Positions 12,290 to 23,636 of a stretch of DNA of 64,000 nucleotides are shown piece by piece. The position numbers and the translations under genes are program-made. Position 1 is the stretch's first letter. Every line of letters begins with the position of its first letter. Under the pieces are notes generated by a model that was not told where the DNA came from, did no database searches, and saw only the letters and a list, made by a program, of their open reading frames with translations. The stretch comes from an uncultured Rivularia sp. (GTDB lineage Bacteria; Cyanobacteriota; Cyanobacteriia; Cyanobacteriales; Nostocaceae): the NCBI GenBank assembly GCA_963665115.1, contig OY762007.1, forward strand, positions 1,920,001-1,984,000. The letters are read 5' to 3'.

Positions 12290-12794
12290 ACTTTCACCAT
12301 ATCTTTTTAACGCTTTATTCGTTCATCAGTTCCTTCGCCAAATACGCTTTCTTCTAAGGAAACTGTAGAGAAGAGAATATTTACTATGCTCTCCACTTCT
12401 ATTTATATAGTTTTAAGAAACAGAGAATAGAGGCAACCTGCACGCTTAGCGCAACAGTATCATATTCTTGATAGTTTTTTATCGGCTAAACTTTTTGGCT
12501 ATTGGTTGGTAAATTATTCCGCAAAAATTTAGGCGTTAAAATATTGTTTTTAATTTAAGTTAAGACTATTTGTTAGCTTAAATTAAAAGATGATATTGAC
12601 AAATTTACTATATTCATTCGATAAATTCAATTTCCATCAGGTAATAAGATATAAATCTTACCCAAAAGGGATGAACTATGAGAAAGTTAAAATCATTGAG
12701 GGGAAAGCAAAAAAAGGAGACGTGCTAATACTTTATACTCACTCCTTAACTATTTCCAATGCCCAATCCTCAATGTCCAATGCCTTAATATGTT

Positions 12795-14208
12795 ATGTCC
12801 CAACCAATCGAAATTCGCAACCCCCGCACGGGAAAATATGATTACGTAATTGTACCGCCACCAGAGAAGCTTTTAGTACAGCAATGCAATCGTCTGCGGA
12901 GAGCGCAACAAAATTGGTTTGATTTGGGTTTAAATGCAAGAATTGATGCTTTATTGGAATTGAAAGATACCATATACTCGACGCAGGATGTATTGATAGA
13001 AGCTTTGACAATTGATACGGGTAGACTTCGAGAATCTAAGTTAGAAGTTGATTCATTTTTTTCCACTATTGAAAGATGGTGTCGGCTAAGTTCAAAATTA
13101 TTGCAAGACACTGAAAAAGGAACCTCAATTCCGTTCGTTAATTTGCAACAAACCGCAGTACCTTATGCTTTAGTTAGCGTTATTAGCCCTTGGAATTTTC
13201 CTTTATTATTATCAACTATTGATGCTATCCCCGCATTATTAGCAGGTTGTGCGGTAATCGTTAAACCCAGCGAACTTACGCCTAGATTTATGGCTCCTTT
13301 GATGAGTGCAATTAGTAATATTCCCCACCTACGGGATATATTAACTTTTATTGAAGGGGATGCTAAAACGGGGGCGAATTTGGTTGAAAATGTAGATATG
13401 GTATGCTTTACAGGCAGTGTAGAAACAGGACAACAAGTTGCGATCGCAGCAGCTCGTCGTTTCATTCCTGCTTTTTTAGAATTAGGAGGAAAAGATCCAG
13501 CAATTGTATTAGAATCGGCAGATATAGAGTTAGCAACTTCTGCTATATTATGGGGTTTCTGTAGTTAACAGCGGGCAATCATGTCTTTCAATTGAGAGAA
13601 TTTATGTTGATAAGAATATTTATGAAGATTTTTATCATAAACTCGTAGCCAAAGCACATAAAATAAACCTTGCTTATCCGACATTAGAAAGTGGAGAAAT
13701 AGGACCAATTATTTCAGAAAAGCAAGCAGCAATAATCAACGAACATTTACAAGATGCTGTAGAAAAAGGTGCAGTAATTCACTGCGGTGGTGAAGTTGAA
13801 AAAATAGGTGGTGGTTGGTGGTGTCACCCTACAGTAATTACCGAAGTAAATCATGATATGAAGCTAATGAACGAAGAAACATTTGCTCCAATAATGCCAA
13901 TAATGTCTTTTTCTACAGTACAAGAAGCCATAGAATTAGCAAACGACACCTACTATGGATTAAGTGCCGCAGTATTTGCAGAATCGCCAGAGGAAGCATT
14001 AGAAATAGCCCGTCAAATAGATGCAGGTGCCATAAGCATTAACGATACAGGTTTAACAAGTATGATGCACGAAGCCGAAAAAAACGCCTTCAAATTTTCC
14101 GGTTTAGGAGCCTCCCGCATGGGTGCATCAGCATTAACAAGATTTATCCGCAAAAAAGCATTTTTGATCAAGACTAACGATGATTACGATCCTTGGTGGT
14201 TTGAGTAG
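12795..14208 (+). CDS. Aldehyde dehydrogenase, with an apparent +1 frameshift at 13556-13558
   Basis: ISPWNFP, FTGS and LELGGKDP. Removing one T restores WGSVVNSGQSCLSIER (catalytic Cys) and leads on to EETFAP at 13858-14208. Confidence 0.88.
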
Positions 14209-14459
14209 TGAGCGGGGATTGGGCATAGGGCATAGGGGATTGGGCATTGGTAATTGGTAATTGGTAATTGGACGAACAAGATTATAGAATAGCGAGAAAT
14301 ATCATAAAATAGCGAGATTATAAAATAGCAAGCAAGATGCATATCCTAACGGACACACTACAGCAATTAAGTAATAAAGGTTCGTAGAAATCCTTCTCCC
14401 CCATGCCCAATTCCCCAATAATTGATAATTGATAACTGATAATTGATAATTGAATTGTT

Positions 14460-15863
14460 ATGCCAAAATCTGAAAAAATAAATTACTCAAATCCCAGCGG
14501 TTTTCCTGAATTTTTACCTGGTGAAAAGCGCTTAGAATCTTATTTGATGGATACTATCCGTAAGGTATATGAAAGTTACGGATTTACGCCGATTGAAACT
14601 CCTGCTGTGGAACGTTTGGAGGTTCTGCAAGCTAAGGGAAATCAAGGTGATAATATCGTCTACGGTATCAGTCCAATTTTACCGCCGAATAAACAAGCTG
14701 AAAAAGAAGAATCAGGTAAAAGTAAATCCGATGATAATAATTCGGAAGCTAGAGCATTAAAGTTCGATCAAACTGTTCCTTTAGCGGCTTATATTGCCCG
14801 AAACTTAAATAATTTAACTTTTCCCTTTGCTCGCTATCAAATGGATGTTGTATTTCGCGGGGAAAGAGCAAAAGATGGACGTTTTCGCCAGTTTCGTCAA
14901 TGCGATATTGACGTTATTGCTCGTCGGGAATTGAGTTTACTTTATGATGCTCAAATGCCTGCAATTATCTCGGAGATATTTGAAGCTGTAAATATTGGCG
15001 ATTTTCTGATTCGGATCAATAATCGTAAGGTTTTGACTGGTTTCTTTGAGTCGGTTGGTGTTACCGCAGACAAAATTAAAACCTGCGTCGGAATAATTGA
15101 TAATTTAGAGAAAATTGGCGAAGCTAAAGTAAAAAAAGAGTTAGAAAAAGAAGGTATTTCGGCGGAACAAACGGATAAAATTATTGAATTTGTTAAAATA
15201 AAAGGTTCGGTAGATGAGGTTTTGAGTAAACTGAAGCATCTTACTGAAAGTATGCCAGAAGCCGAGCAATTTAAATTAGGCTTAAATGAATTAGAAACCG
15301 TTATTTCCGGAGTTCGCGATTTAGGAGTTGCCGACAATCGCTATTGCATCGATTTATCAATTGCTCGTGGATTAGATTATTATACCGGCACCGTTTACGA
15401 AACAACTTTGCTAGGACATGAAGCGTTAGGAAGTATATGTTCTGGTGGAAGATATGAAGAGTTAGTCGGAACATTTTTAGGCGAAAAAATGCCGGGTGTT
15501 GGTATTTCTATCGGTTTAACTCGGTTGATGAGTAGATTATTAAAAGCTGATATTTTAAAGAGTTTACCCGCGACACCAGCACAGGTAATGGTAGTTAATT
15601 TACAAGCCGAATTGATGCCACTTTATTTAAAGATATCTCAACAATTGCGTCAAACAGGAATTAACGTCATTACCAGCTTTGATAAACGCGGATTAGGTAA
15701 ACAGTTTCAAGCCGCCGATAAACAAGGAATTCAATTTTGTGTAATTATTGGTGCTGATGAAGCTGAAGCGCAAAAATCCAATTTGAAAGATTTAAAATCT
15801 GGCGAACAAATTGAAGTTACTCTGGATAAATTAGCAGAGGAAATTAAGCAAAGATTGGGATAA
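14460..15863 (+). CDS. hisS: Histidine--tRNA ligase
   Basis: GRFRQFRQCDID, ARGLDYYTG, GGRY and a C-terminal anticodon-binding domain. Confidence 0.96.
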   Translation: MPKSEKINYSNPSGFPEFLPGEKRLESYLMDTIRKVYESYGFTPIETPAVERLEVLQAKGNQGDNIVYGISPILPPNKQAEKEESGKSKSDDNNSEARALKFDQTVPLAAYIARNLNNLTFPFARYQMDVVFRGERAKDGRFRQFRQCDIDVIARRELSLLYDAQMPAIISEIFEAVNIGDFLIRINNRKVLTGFFESVGVTADKIKTCVGIIDNLEKIGEAKVKKELEKEGISAEQTDKIIEFVKIKGSVDEVLSKLKHLTESMPEAEQFKLGLNELETVISGVRDLGVADNRYCIDLSIARGLDYYTGTVYETTLLGHEALGSICSGGRYEELVGTFLGEKMPGVGISIGLTRLMSRLLKADILKSLPATPAQVMVVNLQAELMPLYLKISQQLRQTGINVITSFDKRGLGKQFQAADKQGIQFCVIIGADEAEAQKSNLKDLKSGEQIEVTLDKLAEEIKQRLG

Positions 15864-15936
15864 TCAACATCCTCACTAAGGAAAAGGGATAAAGTTGAAT
15901 TTATCGCGGTTTTCATGCTTGAAGAATACACGAAAC

Positions 15937-15995
15937 TACTCCCCTTCCCCTCTCCTTAATAAGGAGAGGGGTGCCCTTTAGGGCGGGGTGAGGTT
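15937..15995. repeat. REP-like palindrome after hisS, possibly also a terminator
   Basis: CCCCTCTCCTTAATAAGGAGAGGGG followed by GCCCTTTAGGGC. Confidence 0.65.
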
Positions 15996-16074
15996 CCGAG
16001 TGTATTACAAATTGATCCCCAGATTGAAGCCTGGGAACGATAAAAATAAAGCTCAAAAATAATAGGTGTATCTG

Positions 16075-16893
16075 ATGAGTAAAAAAATCAAAAGAGCATT
16101 TTTAGACACCGAAGATGGACAGATCCATTATCGAATTGGTGGTGAAGGAGAAGCACTTTTGTTACTGCACATGAATCCCCGCAGTAGCGATGAGTATCGG
16201 GAATTAATGCCACTCTTGATTGACAAATATCAGGTGGTTGCAATGGATTTTATGGGACTTGGTGATTCCGATAAACCGCCAAGAATGTATTCTATTTTAG
16301 ACTATGCCAAAACTGTTATTGCTTTATTAGATGAGTTGAGTATTGAAAAAGTAAATTTATTAGGAAATCTTACTGGTGCTTTCGTTGCTGTGGAAGTAGC
16401 AATATCCTATCCAGAAAGAGTAAACAAACTGATTTTATGTAATTTAGTGGCTTTTGACGAACAAGGCAAAGCTAAATTCATGAGATCATCCGATCAACCT
16501 TTACAAGTAGAAGAAGATGGTTCGCATCTCATGAAAAGATGGACAGCACGGCAAAAAGTTGCTGATTCTGCTGAATTAAATCACCGTCTTGTGTTAGACG
16601 ATTTAAAATGTTTTGGCTATCCTCTATATACAGTTTGGGCTGTAGCAAATTGCTGTTTAGATGTACAACAAAAAATTAAAAATATAAAATGTCCTACTTT
16701 GATAGTTTGGGGTTTGGAAAACATGAAACAATTTGAAAAATTGGGCTTGGTTTTAGTAAAAGATAGATTATTAATTTCTCAGGCTATTCCCCAGGCTAAA
16801 GTGATGGAATTTGCTGATGGAACAATCTGTATGATGAATCAAATTCCTGAAAAAATAGCAGATTCGGTTTTAGATTTTTTAGATGAGGAATAG
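16075..16893 (+). CDS. Alpha/beta hydrolase-fold protein with a non-canonical nucleophile elbow
   Basis: LLLLHMNP, DFMGLGDS and IKCPTLIVWG. The elbow reads GNLTG instead of GxSxG. Alternative GTG start at 16066. Confidence 0.85.
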   Translation: MSKKIKRAFLDTEDGQIHYRIGGEGEALLLLHMNPRSSDEYRELMPLLIDKYQVVAMDFMGLGDSDKPPRMYSILDYAKTVIALLDELSIEKVNLLGNLTGAFVAVEVAISYPERVNKLILCNLVAFDEQGKAKFMRSSDQPLQVEEDGSHLMKRWTARQKVADSAELNHRLVLDDLKCFGYPLYTVWAVANCCLDVQQKIKNIKCPTLIVWGLENMKQFEKLGLVLVKDRLLISQAIPQAKVMEFADGTICMMNQIPEKIADSVLDFLDEE

Positions 16894-16963
16894 AAATCAA
16901 TTACCTCGAAACCTTCTTTGCGAACAGAAAAGGTAAAAGGTAAAAGATCGAAATATATCAACT

Positions 16964-17743
16964 CTATTCCAGCAAAAATCTCCGCTTCACCTGTTGTACC
17001 GGCCTGGCATTCATGGGAAAAACTTTTGCAAACTTCTTAACTTGTGGAGAAGAAATTTCCACGGGTTCTTTTAAAACAATCCAGTTTACCGTTTCCGAAC
17101 AAGGTGGTGTAGTCAAAGAACCAAAATAACGATAATAATCTTTGTCTTCTGGTAACAAGTCAGAAACATTAATATTTACATTCGATACCGTTTTTTCGCG
17201 ACTTTCTTTCATCGGCATTGCTTGCCAAATTTCTTGTAAAGTCGGGTTTGGTTTACCTTGTTTAAGAAAAACACCAATCACAGCTAAAGCACCTTTTTCA
17301 CTCTTATGAACTAAGTGCAATTCCATCGGTAATGCTTTTCCCTCAACCTTATGTTCGCTGGGGAGATGGAAGTGAAACTGTAGTAATTCATAAGGCTCAC
17401 CATCAAGAGTTAAAATGTTTCCCGGTTGATAATTGACCTTGATAGTATGACCATTATTAACAATACGAAGAGGAGTATCTTTATAGTTTATTTTTAAATC
17501 CGGTAAATCCGCATCAACTGCCGATTCAAGATTAACTGGAGATTGACTTTTACCCGATTGACAAACTTCAAAATCAGATGACAGAGTTCCCCAATTTGCA
17601 GGGCCTTTCTCACCAATATAACCCCAATGAGATTTACCTTTTTCTTTTGTTGCTGAGGTTAATGAATCACAGCCAAACAAAGAACTTGCTGCAATCCCAG
17701 TAGCTGTAAATAATCCCTTTTTGAGTAATTGTCTTCTATCCAT
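16964..17743 (-). CDS. ecaA: Alpha-class carbonic anhydrase (EcaA-like), predicted Tat-exported lipoprotein
   Basis: HWGY, QSPVN, QFHFH, ELHLVH and GSLTTPPC; N-terminal DRRQLL and LFGC lipobox. Confidence 0.9.
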   Translation of the reverse strand: MDRRQLLKKGLFTATGIAASSLFGCDSLTSATKEKGKSHWGYIGEKGPANWGTLSSDFEVCQSGKSQSPVNLESAVDADLPDLKINYKDTPLRIVNNGHTIKVNYQPGNILTLDGEPYELLQFHFHLPSEHKVEGKALPMELHLVHKSEKGALAVIGVFLKQGKPNPTLQEIWQAMPMKESREKTVSNVNINVSDLLPEDKDYYRYFGSLTTPPCSETVNWIVLKEPVEISSPQVKKFAKVFPMNARPVQQVKRRFLLE

Positions 17744-18048
17744 ATGTTTCGCTGCGATAAACTTGAATTTGGCATTGCTGTATCTGCCTCAACTAATTTC
17801 TGCTGTATTTAGTCAAGTATATCAAAATATATTTTATAGATAAATAATTAATTTGTCACATCTAATGTTGATAATTGATTTTTATTATTATTCGCTTGGG
17901 ATTTTTTTGTTGTTTTTTATTTACTTTCAGGTTAAATATTTTGTAATTACCTTTACAGGTTGTATCATTTAAGCTCAAAATACTTTGGATAAGAATACAA
18001 TCCTGTTACACAGTATTTAATATTAAATAGAGGAAAATCTAGAATCTA

Positions 18049-18447
18049 ATGACCCAAAATTCAGAGAACACCTTAAAAGTCGCACATCAAGCATTTGAAT
18101 TTTTTACTTATGGTTTAGCAACTGGGGAATGGAATAATTTTTTAGAAATGCTTACAGAAGACTTTAGTTTCTGGTTTCCCCAAGGAAAATATCACGGTTT
18201 AAATATTGGAAAACAGCAAGCCAGAGAATTTTTTGAATACGTTTCCCAAGCCTTTAGTTCGGGAATCACAATAACTTCCGTTGAAAGAGTTACCAGCAAC
18301 GATACAACAGTTGTACTTGAATTTTGCGACGAAGGAAAATTAATGGGAAAACCTTATAAAAACAGAGTCGCAGTATCCTTTGATGTACGTGGAGATAAAA
18401 TTTGCGGATACCGCGAATACTTTGGAAGCGATGGTAAATCTAATTAA
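18049..18447 (+). CDS. NTF2/SnoaL-like protein
   Basis: 132 aa with the pattern MLTEDFSFWFP ... YKNRVAVSFDVRGDKICGYREY; GAGG Shine-Dalgarno upstream. Confidence 0.85.
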   Translation: MTQNSENTLKVAHQAFEFFTYGLATGEWNNFLEMLTEDFSFWFPQGKYHGLNIGKQQAREFFEYVSQAFSSGITITSVERVTSNDTTVVLEFCDEGKLMGKPYKNRVAVSFDVRGDKICGYREYFGSDGKSN

Positions 18448-18499
18448 ATCAATTATCAATTATCAATTACCAATTATCAATTATCAATTACCAATTACC

Positions 18500-18964
18500 T
18501 TAATTATTTTCAATATTTGGTTGATTAAGTTCTTCATATTTTGCAGCAGCAGCTTCGTATGCTGATAAATATTCTTTACCACCTAAAATAACATCCCCAT
18601 AATATTCATAAGGTGCATCACCATAAATTGGCAAGGGGTCATCTTCTGGATAATCCTCTTTTGACTCTTCAATTATCTTTTTAAGTTTTTTGACAGTAAA
18701 AGTTTGTGCTGTGAAATACCACATTTTTTGAGATTTATCGGTTAAATGCGGTAAATTGGGGTCGATTATTCGAGATTCTATTTCTATCCAAGCGTGTTCG
18801 AGAAGTTGATAAGACTTGCGTTTAATAATCAAAAAACCTTGAGCATAAACTGCACCTTCAGTAGCCAATACTGCTTTATAAGCATTGTCAAAAGGTTTTT
18901 TGGCCCTAGTCTCGATTTGAGCGGCAATTTCTCGCGAAGCAGTTTCATCAAGTAACTTATCCAT
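18500..18964 (-). CDS. Hypothetical protein
   Basis: Clean ORF containing EHAWIE...IIDP; ATG 18964 preferred. Confidence 0.7.
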   Translation of the reverse strand: MDKLLDETASREIAAQIETRAKKPFDNAYKAVLATEGAVYAQGFLIIKRKSYQLLEHAWIEIESRIIDPNLPHLTDKSQKMWYFTAQTFTVKKLKKIIEESKEDYPEDDPLPIYGDAPYEYYGDVILGGKEYLSAYEAAAAKYEELNQPNIENN

Positions 18965-19197
18965 CAGCAAGGATAAAAGCAAAGAGTACAGTTTACAGTT
19001 TACAGTTTACAGTGACCAGTGGGGAAGGAGATGGGGAGATTATTAAAGTAATGAGTAGCGAGTAGCGAGTAGTGAGTAAAAAGTAATGAGTAATAATTAG
19101 GGAATAGGTAGATCGTTGAGGAGCCGACAATAAGAATGAATTGGTAGCTTACTTGCTACTTGCTACTTACTACTCTTTACTCCTAACTCCTAACTCC

Positions 19198-22137
19198 CTA
19201 CTTCTGAGCAAATCCGATCGTAACTACTGCTAGTAAAATCAATATTCCTAAAGCTACTAGTGCTGCAAATAAAACTTTTTGGTAAATGCGATTGAGTTTG
19301 TCTTCGCTGAGTTTTCTTTGATTTCTCTCTCTCTTCAATTCTGCAATTAATTCGTTGATTCTAGGTTTCTGCTGTTTCTGAATAAATGCTGCTAAATAAT
19401 CATGTACGAGTTGATATCTATCGGCAGGTTTTTCGGGTATCAAAACTACTATGCCTGCTTCTACAAAAATCCGCAGTACTAAGTCTAACTGATTGGTTTC
19501 TTTGCTTAAATCTTCTAAGGATAAGGCTCGTAAATCTCTTTCTAGTTCCGAACGAGTTTTCAGCGGACGAGTTCCTTTTTCATCCGTGAGTAAATATAAT
19601 ATTAATTCGGCAACTTGACGATTAATCTCACCGCAATCTTCTACTACTTCTTTCATGTAGCGTTTGACTAATTCTTCTTTTGGTCCGCAATTTTGATATT
19701 GTACTAATGTAGTAATATTTTCTGTTTGTAGTTGCGCTCCGACTACTTGTAATTCAATCGGACGCACTTCTCCATATTTAGCTGATAAATCTTGCACTAG
19801 TTTTTCTATAAAACTTGCTTCTAAATGAAAATTAGAATGTTGTGTTAAGCGTTCAATTAAAGATTTTGCGTCCGCAGAAGCAAAGTTATCTAATTTATAA
19901 AGAATATTTTTACTAAGAATATCATTGTTAATAATATTCATGCTCGATAAACGATTGCATTCGAGTAAATAATGCAGGTAATCTTCCCTTAATGATAATA
20001 CAACTTTCACGCTTAAAATATTTAAACATTCTCCCATGAATTCAAAAAATTGCTTTCTTCGATAAGCTGAATCATAAACAAAGAAGAATTCTTCAAATTG
20101 GTCAAAAATTAATACTATTCTTAAATTACGCCATTCACTTTGTCGCAATAACTCTAATATATCTTCTGGTGATTCGGGATTAGAGAATGGAAACTGATAA
20201 ACTTTTTTCCAGGCTTCTCCTTCCATTCCAAATTGGATTCCTTTGGATTTTAACGCTTGAACTAATAGTTTTCCTAATTCATATACCCAATTAGTGTAAG
20301 TTCTAACCTTGACTGGTACTATCTCTTGTAAACCAATAGAACTATGCTTTAAAGCTGGTACTAATCCAGCCTGTACTAAAGAACTTTTTCCTACACCAGA
20401 ATACCCATGAATTACGATCATTTTACAGTCGGGACGAGCAATTTTTTCTAATAACTTTTTTACATCCTTTCCTCTACCGGATGCAGTCATTTCTGGTGCA
20501 ACCGTTTCTAATACAGATGCTGACTGTATTGAAGCTGTATGTAAAGTTTCTACAATTAATTTGGCTTGCCTTTGGGGTTGAATTATTCCCGCACCAATAA
20601 ACGCCCTAAAACCATATTGTTGTTCGATAGAACGCTGTTCTAATTTAATGCGAAATGCTTCTAAATAACGATGTTGTTCCCAATAAACTTCCTGCAAAGC
20701 TTGTAAAATACGAATATATTGATGTGGGTTATCCTGAGAACCAATATCCCGCGCCATCTGTAGATGTTTGACAGCTCGCGGTTTTTGTTCGAGATGTGTT
20801 TCTGCTATTGCTAATAACAGTAAATATAAAGCACGATGTTGTAACTGTGCTGAAGGTGCTTTAGCTATATTATGTAATGCTTGATAAGCATATTGTTTCG
20901 TTTGAGCATATTGATTTTGGCTAGTTGCAACTTCTGCCAAAAAGCCATATGCTTGCGCTACTCTTAAAGGATTTCCGTACAATTGCTGCAAATCTAAAGA
21001 CTGTTGAGCAATATTTTTTAACTCACTCCAATCCTCTAAACGCTGTAACACTTCACCCAAAGGATTGATAAATTTTGCAACTAAATTAGGACGATTTGCC
21101 TCAATAAAAATATTAATACTCTGTTGAAAATATTGCTTCGCTGCTTGTAAAAAAGCAACAGATTTTAAACGATATCTTTGAGCTTGTTGGAAATAGCATA
21201 ATCCGATATAAAACAAAATTACTCCCATGCGAAATTTTGAATTTGGAAGCAGGGGAGAGGGAGACAAGGGGATAGGGAGACAAGGGGATGAAGTAGATAA
21301 TTGATGAATATTAATTGAACTTTGCCAAAAAGCTAAACTTTGATGATAATACTTCAAAGCTTGTTCCATCTGATTTTTTAAATAAGCATCTTGTCCTAAA
21401 ACGAACTCTACACTAGCTTTAAGTACTGGTTCCAATTCATATCCCCTTCCCTGCAAATCTTGTAATGCAGTAGTCACCTCTCTACGACGCAGATATCCCA
21501 TTTGCCAACCCAAACAATAAGCATCTGCCGCCAAGGCTGTAGCAAATAAAGCATCGGTGTCTTTATGTAGAGTTGCAGTTAATTCCGCAGTTGCGATCGC
21601 AAACTCCGTAGTAGTAGCCCAACTCTCGAAATCGCTTGCAGAGCGCACCAATTGCGGCAAAACTTCATCCGTCACCCAAAGCACAACCGGGAAGTCAAAC
21701 CGCTTGCGAAACTCCTCCCGCACCTGATTTGTAGCACTCAACATTTGTTTTAAATTATCCACCGACTCTAAGTAAAAAACCATGACTGCATCCGGTGGAT
21801 TATCCTTAACCTCAGCAGCAATAATTCCATAAAGACTCTTGTCAGTACGCTTTAAATTCACAACCCGCACATCAATGTCGGTAAGCTGTCGCAACCGTTT
21901 TACCAATCGCGATCGCAATCTTAAATAATTACAACGCGCCAAAATCAACTTAAACTCACCTCTCGATGCTTCCAAAGTCCAAGCAAGTTCCTCCAAGCCC
22001 TCTTCGTTGGAGGATTGGGGGAGAGGGGTAGAGGGGGGAGAGGGGGGAGAGGGGGATGGGGAGATGGGGGGAGAGGGGGTAGAAATATCTAACTTGTCTC
22101 TTTGTAATCTTTTACTATCTTCTAACTCTTCACTCAT
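19198..22137 (-). CDS. STAND-type (nSTAND1-like) NTPase with TPR-like repeats, a degenerate N-terminal NTPase-like domain and a C-terminal transmembrane helix
   Basis: Walker A GYSGVGKSS, Walker B LIFDQFEEFF, VLSLREDY, PIELQVVG, YQLVHDYL; hydrophobic C-terminus. Confidence 0.82.
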   Translation of the reverse strand: MSEELEDSKRLQRDKLDISTPSPPISPSPSPPSPPSTPLPQSSNEEGLEELAWTLEASRGEFKLILARCNYLRLRSRLVKRLRQLTDIDVRVVNLKRTDKSLYGIIAAEVKDNPPDAVMVFYLESVDNLKQMLSATNQVREEFRKRFDFPVVLWVTDEVLPQLVRSASDFESWATTTEFAIATAELTATLHKDTDALFATALAADAYCLGWQMGYLRRREVTTALQDLQGRGYELEPVLKASVEFVLGQDAYLKNQMEQALKYYHQSLAFWQSSINIHQLSTSSPCLPIPLSPSPLLPNSKFRMGVILFYIGLCYFQQAQRYRLKSVAFLQAAKQYFQQSINIFIEANRPNLVAKFINPLGEVLQRLEDWSELKNIAQQSLDLQQLYGNPLRVAQAYGFLAEVATSQNQYAQTKQYAYQALHNIAKAPSAQLQHRALYLLLLAIAETHLEQKPRAVKHLQMARDIGSQDNPHQYIRILQALQEVYWEQHRYLEAFRIKLEQRSIEQQYGFRAFIGAGIIQPQRQAKLIVETLHTASIQSASVLETVAPEMTASGRGKDVKKLLEKIARPDCKMIVIHGYSGVGKSSLVQAGLVPALKHSSIGLQEIVPVKVRTYTNWVYELGKLLVQALKSKGIQFGMEGEAWKKVYQFPFSNPESPEDILELLRQSEWRNLRIVLIFDQFEEFFFVYDSAYRRKQFFEFMGECLNILSVKVVLSLREDYLHYLLECNRLSSMNIINNDILSKNILYKLDNFASADAKSLIERLTQHSNFHLEASFIEKLVQDLSAKYGEVRPIELQVVGAQLQTENITTLVQYQNCGPKEELVKRYMKEVVEDCGEINRQVAELILYLLTDEKGTRPLKTRSELERDLRALSLEDLSKETNQLDLVLRIFVEAGIVVLIPEKPADRYQLVHDYLAAFIQKQQKPRINELIAELKRERNQRKLSEDKLNRIYQKVLFAALVALGILILLAVVTIGFAQK

Positions 22138-22159
22138 AACTCTTAACTCCTAACTAACT

Positions 22160-22187
22160 GTAGACGTAGCAATGCTACGTCTCTACA
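22160..22187. repeat. GTAGAGACG-type palindromic dispersed repeat
   Basis: TGTAGACGTAGCAATGCTACGTCTCTACA. Related copies lie near 38953-38978 and 48197-48223. Confidence 0.6.
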
Positions 22188-23542
22188 TTTCTTCCAACTC
22201 ATTCGCTTCTGCCAAAATCGGATTGATATCAAACCAAGATTCTCCACCAGCATCGCGATATTCAAATACCAAACGACTGTGAAACTAATGCTTGATACTC
22301 TAAATCTCCTCTAACCTTCTTCCGCTTTTTCACCTGACGCAATAATTCCCATTCATCATCGGAAATTTGCATAGTCATTTCGTTGCGACGGTAGCGAATT
22401 AAAGCTTCTAAAGTTTCACGAGATAAAGGAAGTTTTCTTTCTTTTTGAATCCAGTTATTCAACAATCGCAGCAAATCCCGCACGTGCCCGCCACTTACCT
22501 GACATAATCTATCTAAACTTTTGGCATTGTCGAAAACTTCAGTCATACGATTCAAACGCTGCTGGGGATTCAAATTCGGAAAAGCCCGCGCTAATACCAT
22601 TTGCCGTAACAATACCATTCCAGGTTCAAAAATACTTCCATCTGGTAATTCTACTGATACCATTGGTAACACCTTTGGATCTTCAGGAAATCGTTGAGTC
22701 AAATTTCCATAATCATTCGAGAACTTTAACGCCAAAGGCATTGTGTAAACAACATGACACCCTAACTTCGTTAAATACTCGCTCTGATCGATAAATAGAT
22801 ACTCTTGTTGCGGTCTTCCCCAAGACTTAGCGCGTGAATCTACCCGATCGAGATTATCTACAATCACTACCAACCCTTTCTTACCCTGTTGCTTCAATTT
22901 TTCTACAGCAGGTTCGAGTAATTCAGAATTAATCGCTTCTAACAACTTCGTTTTTTGAGGACCTAAATACTGATTAAGTCTGCCTCGTAAAGTAGCATCA
23001 TCCTTTGTTTTCGCCGTAATTTCTCCAATCCCAAAAGCTAGAGAAAACTTATCCTTATCCGAACTAACACCAACATCACCAACACCCGGAAGTTTAGCCT
23101 TCATCCCCACAACTTCAGCATTTAGAACCCGCCAAGCACCCTGTAGCAATTCCTTTAATAGACTCGGTTCATCCAAACTCATATCAGCTAGACTCTGACT
23201 AACCCGACGTGCCACACTTAGCAGGAAATCGCCAATATCAACATCAGCCATTTCCATATCTTCACTAGACTCAAAATAGACCACATAAAAGCCTTCCCCC
23301 TCCAACTCTGCTTTCAATCGCAATAACTCAGTAGACTTACCGCAACCGATATGTCCCGTAAACAAAACACAAGTAGGTCGATCCGGCGAGAAAAAAGTAA
23401 TATTATCCCGCAACTCCTGAATAATCTTGCCACCTCTTACCGAAGAAAAATCAATATAATACTTTTCATCTTCAGCATTTTCGATAACCAGAGTTTTGCT
23501 AGGATTCGTAGCCTGAAAAAACCTTCGTAAATCTATACCCAT
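22183..23542 (-). CDS. P-loop ATPase, partner of the STAND protein, with an apparent +1 frameshift at 22282-22284
   Basis: GHIGCGKST, VIVDNLDR, SGGHVRDLL. Removing one base gives the C-terminus LVHSRLVFEYRDAGGESWFDINPILAEANELEEM with stop at 22183. Confidence 0.85.
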
Positions 23543-23636
23543 ACCACCAAACCCGTATTTTGTAATAACTTATTAGAAACTTCCAAAAAACAATTTATCC
23601 GAAATAATCGTAGTGTTCGTTGCATTAATTCCTACG

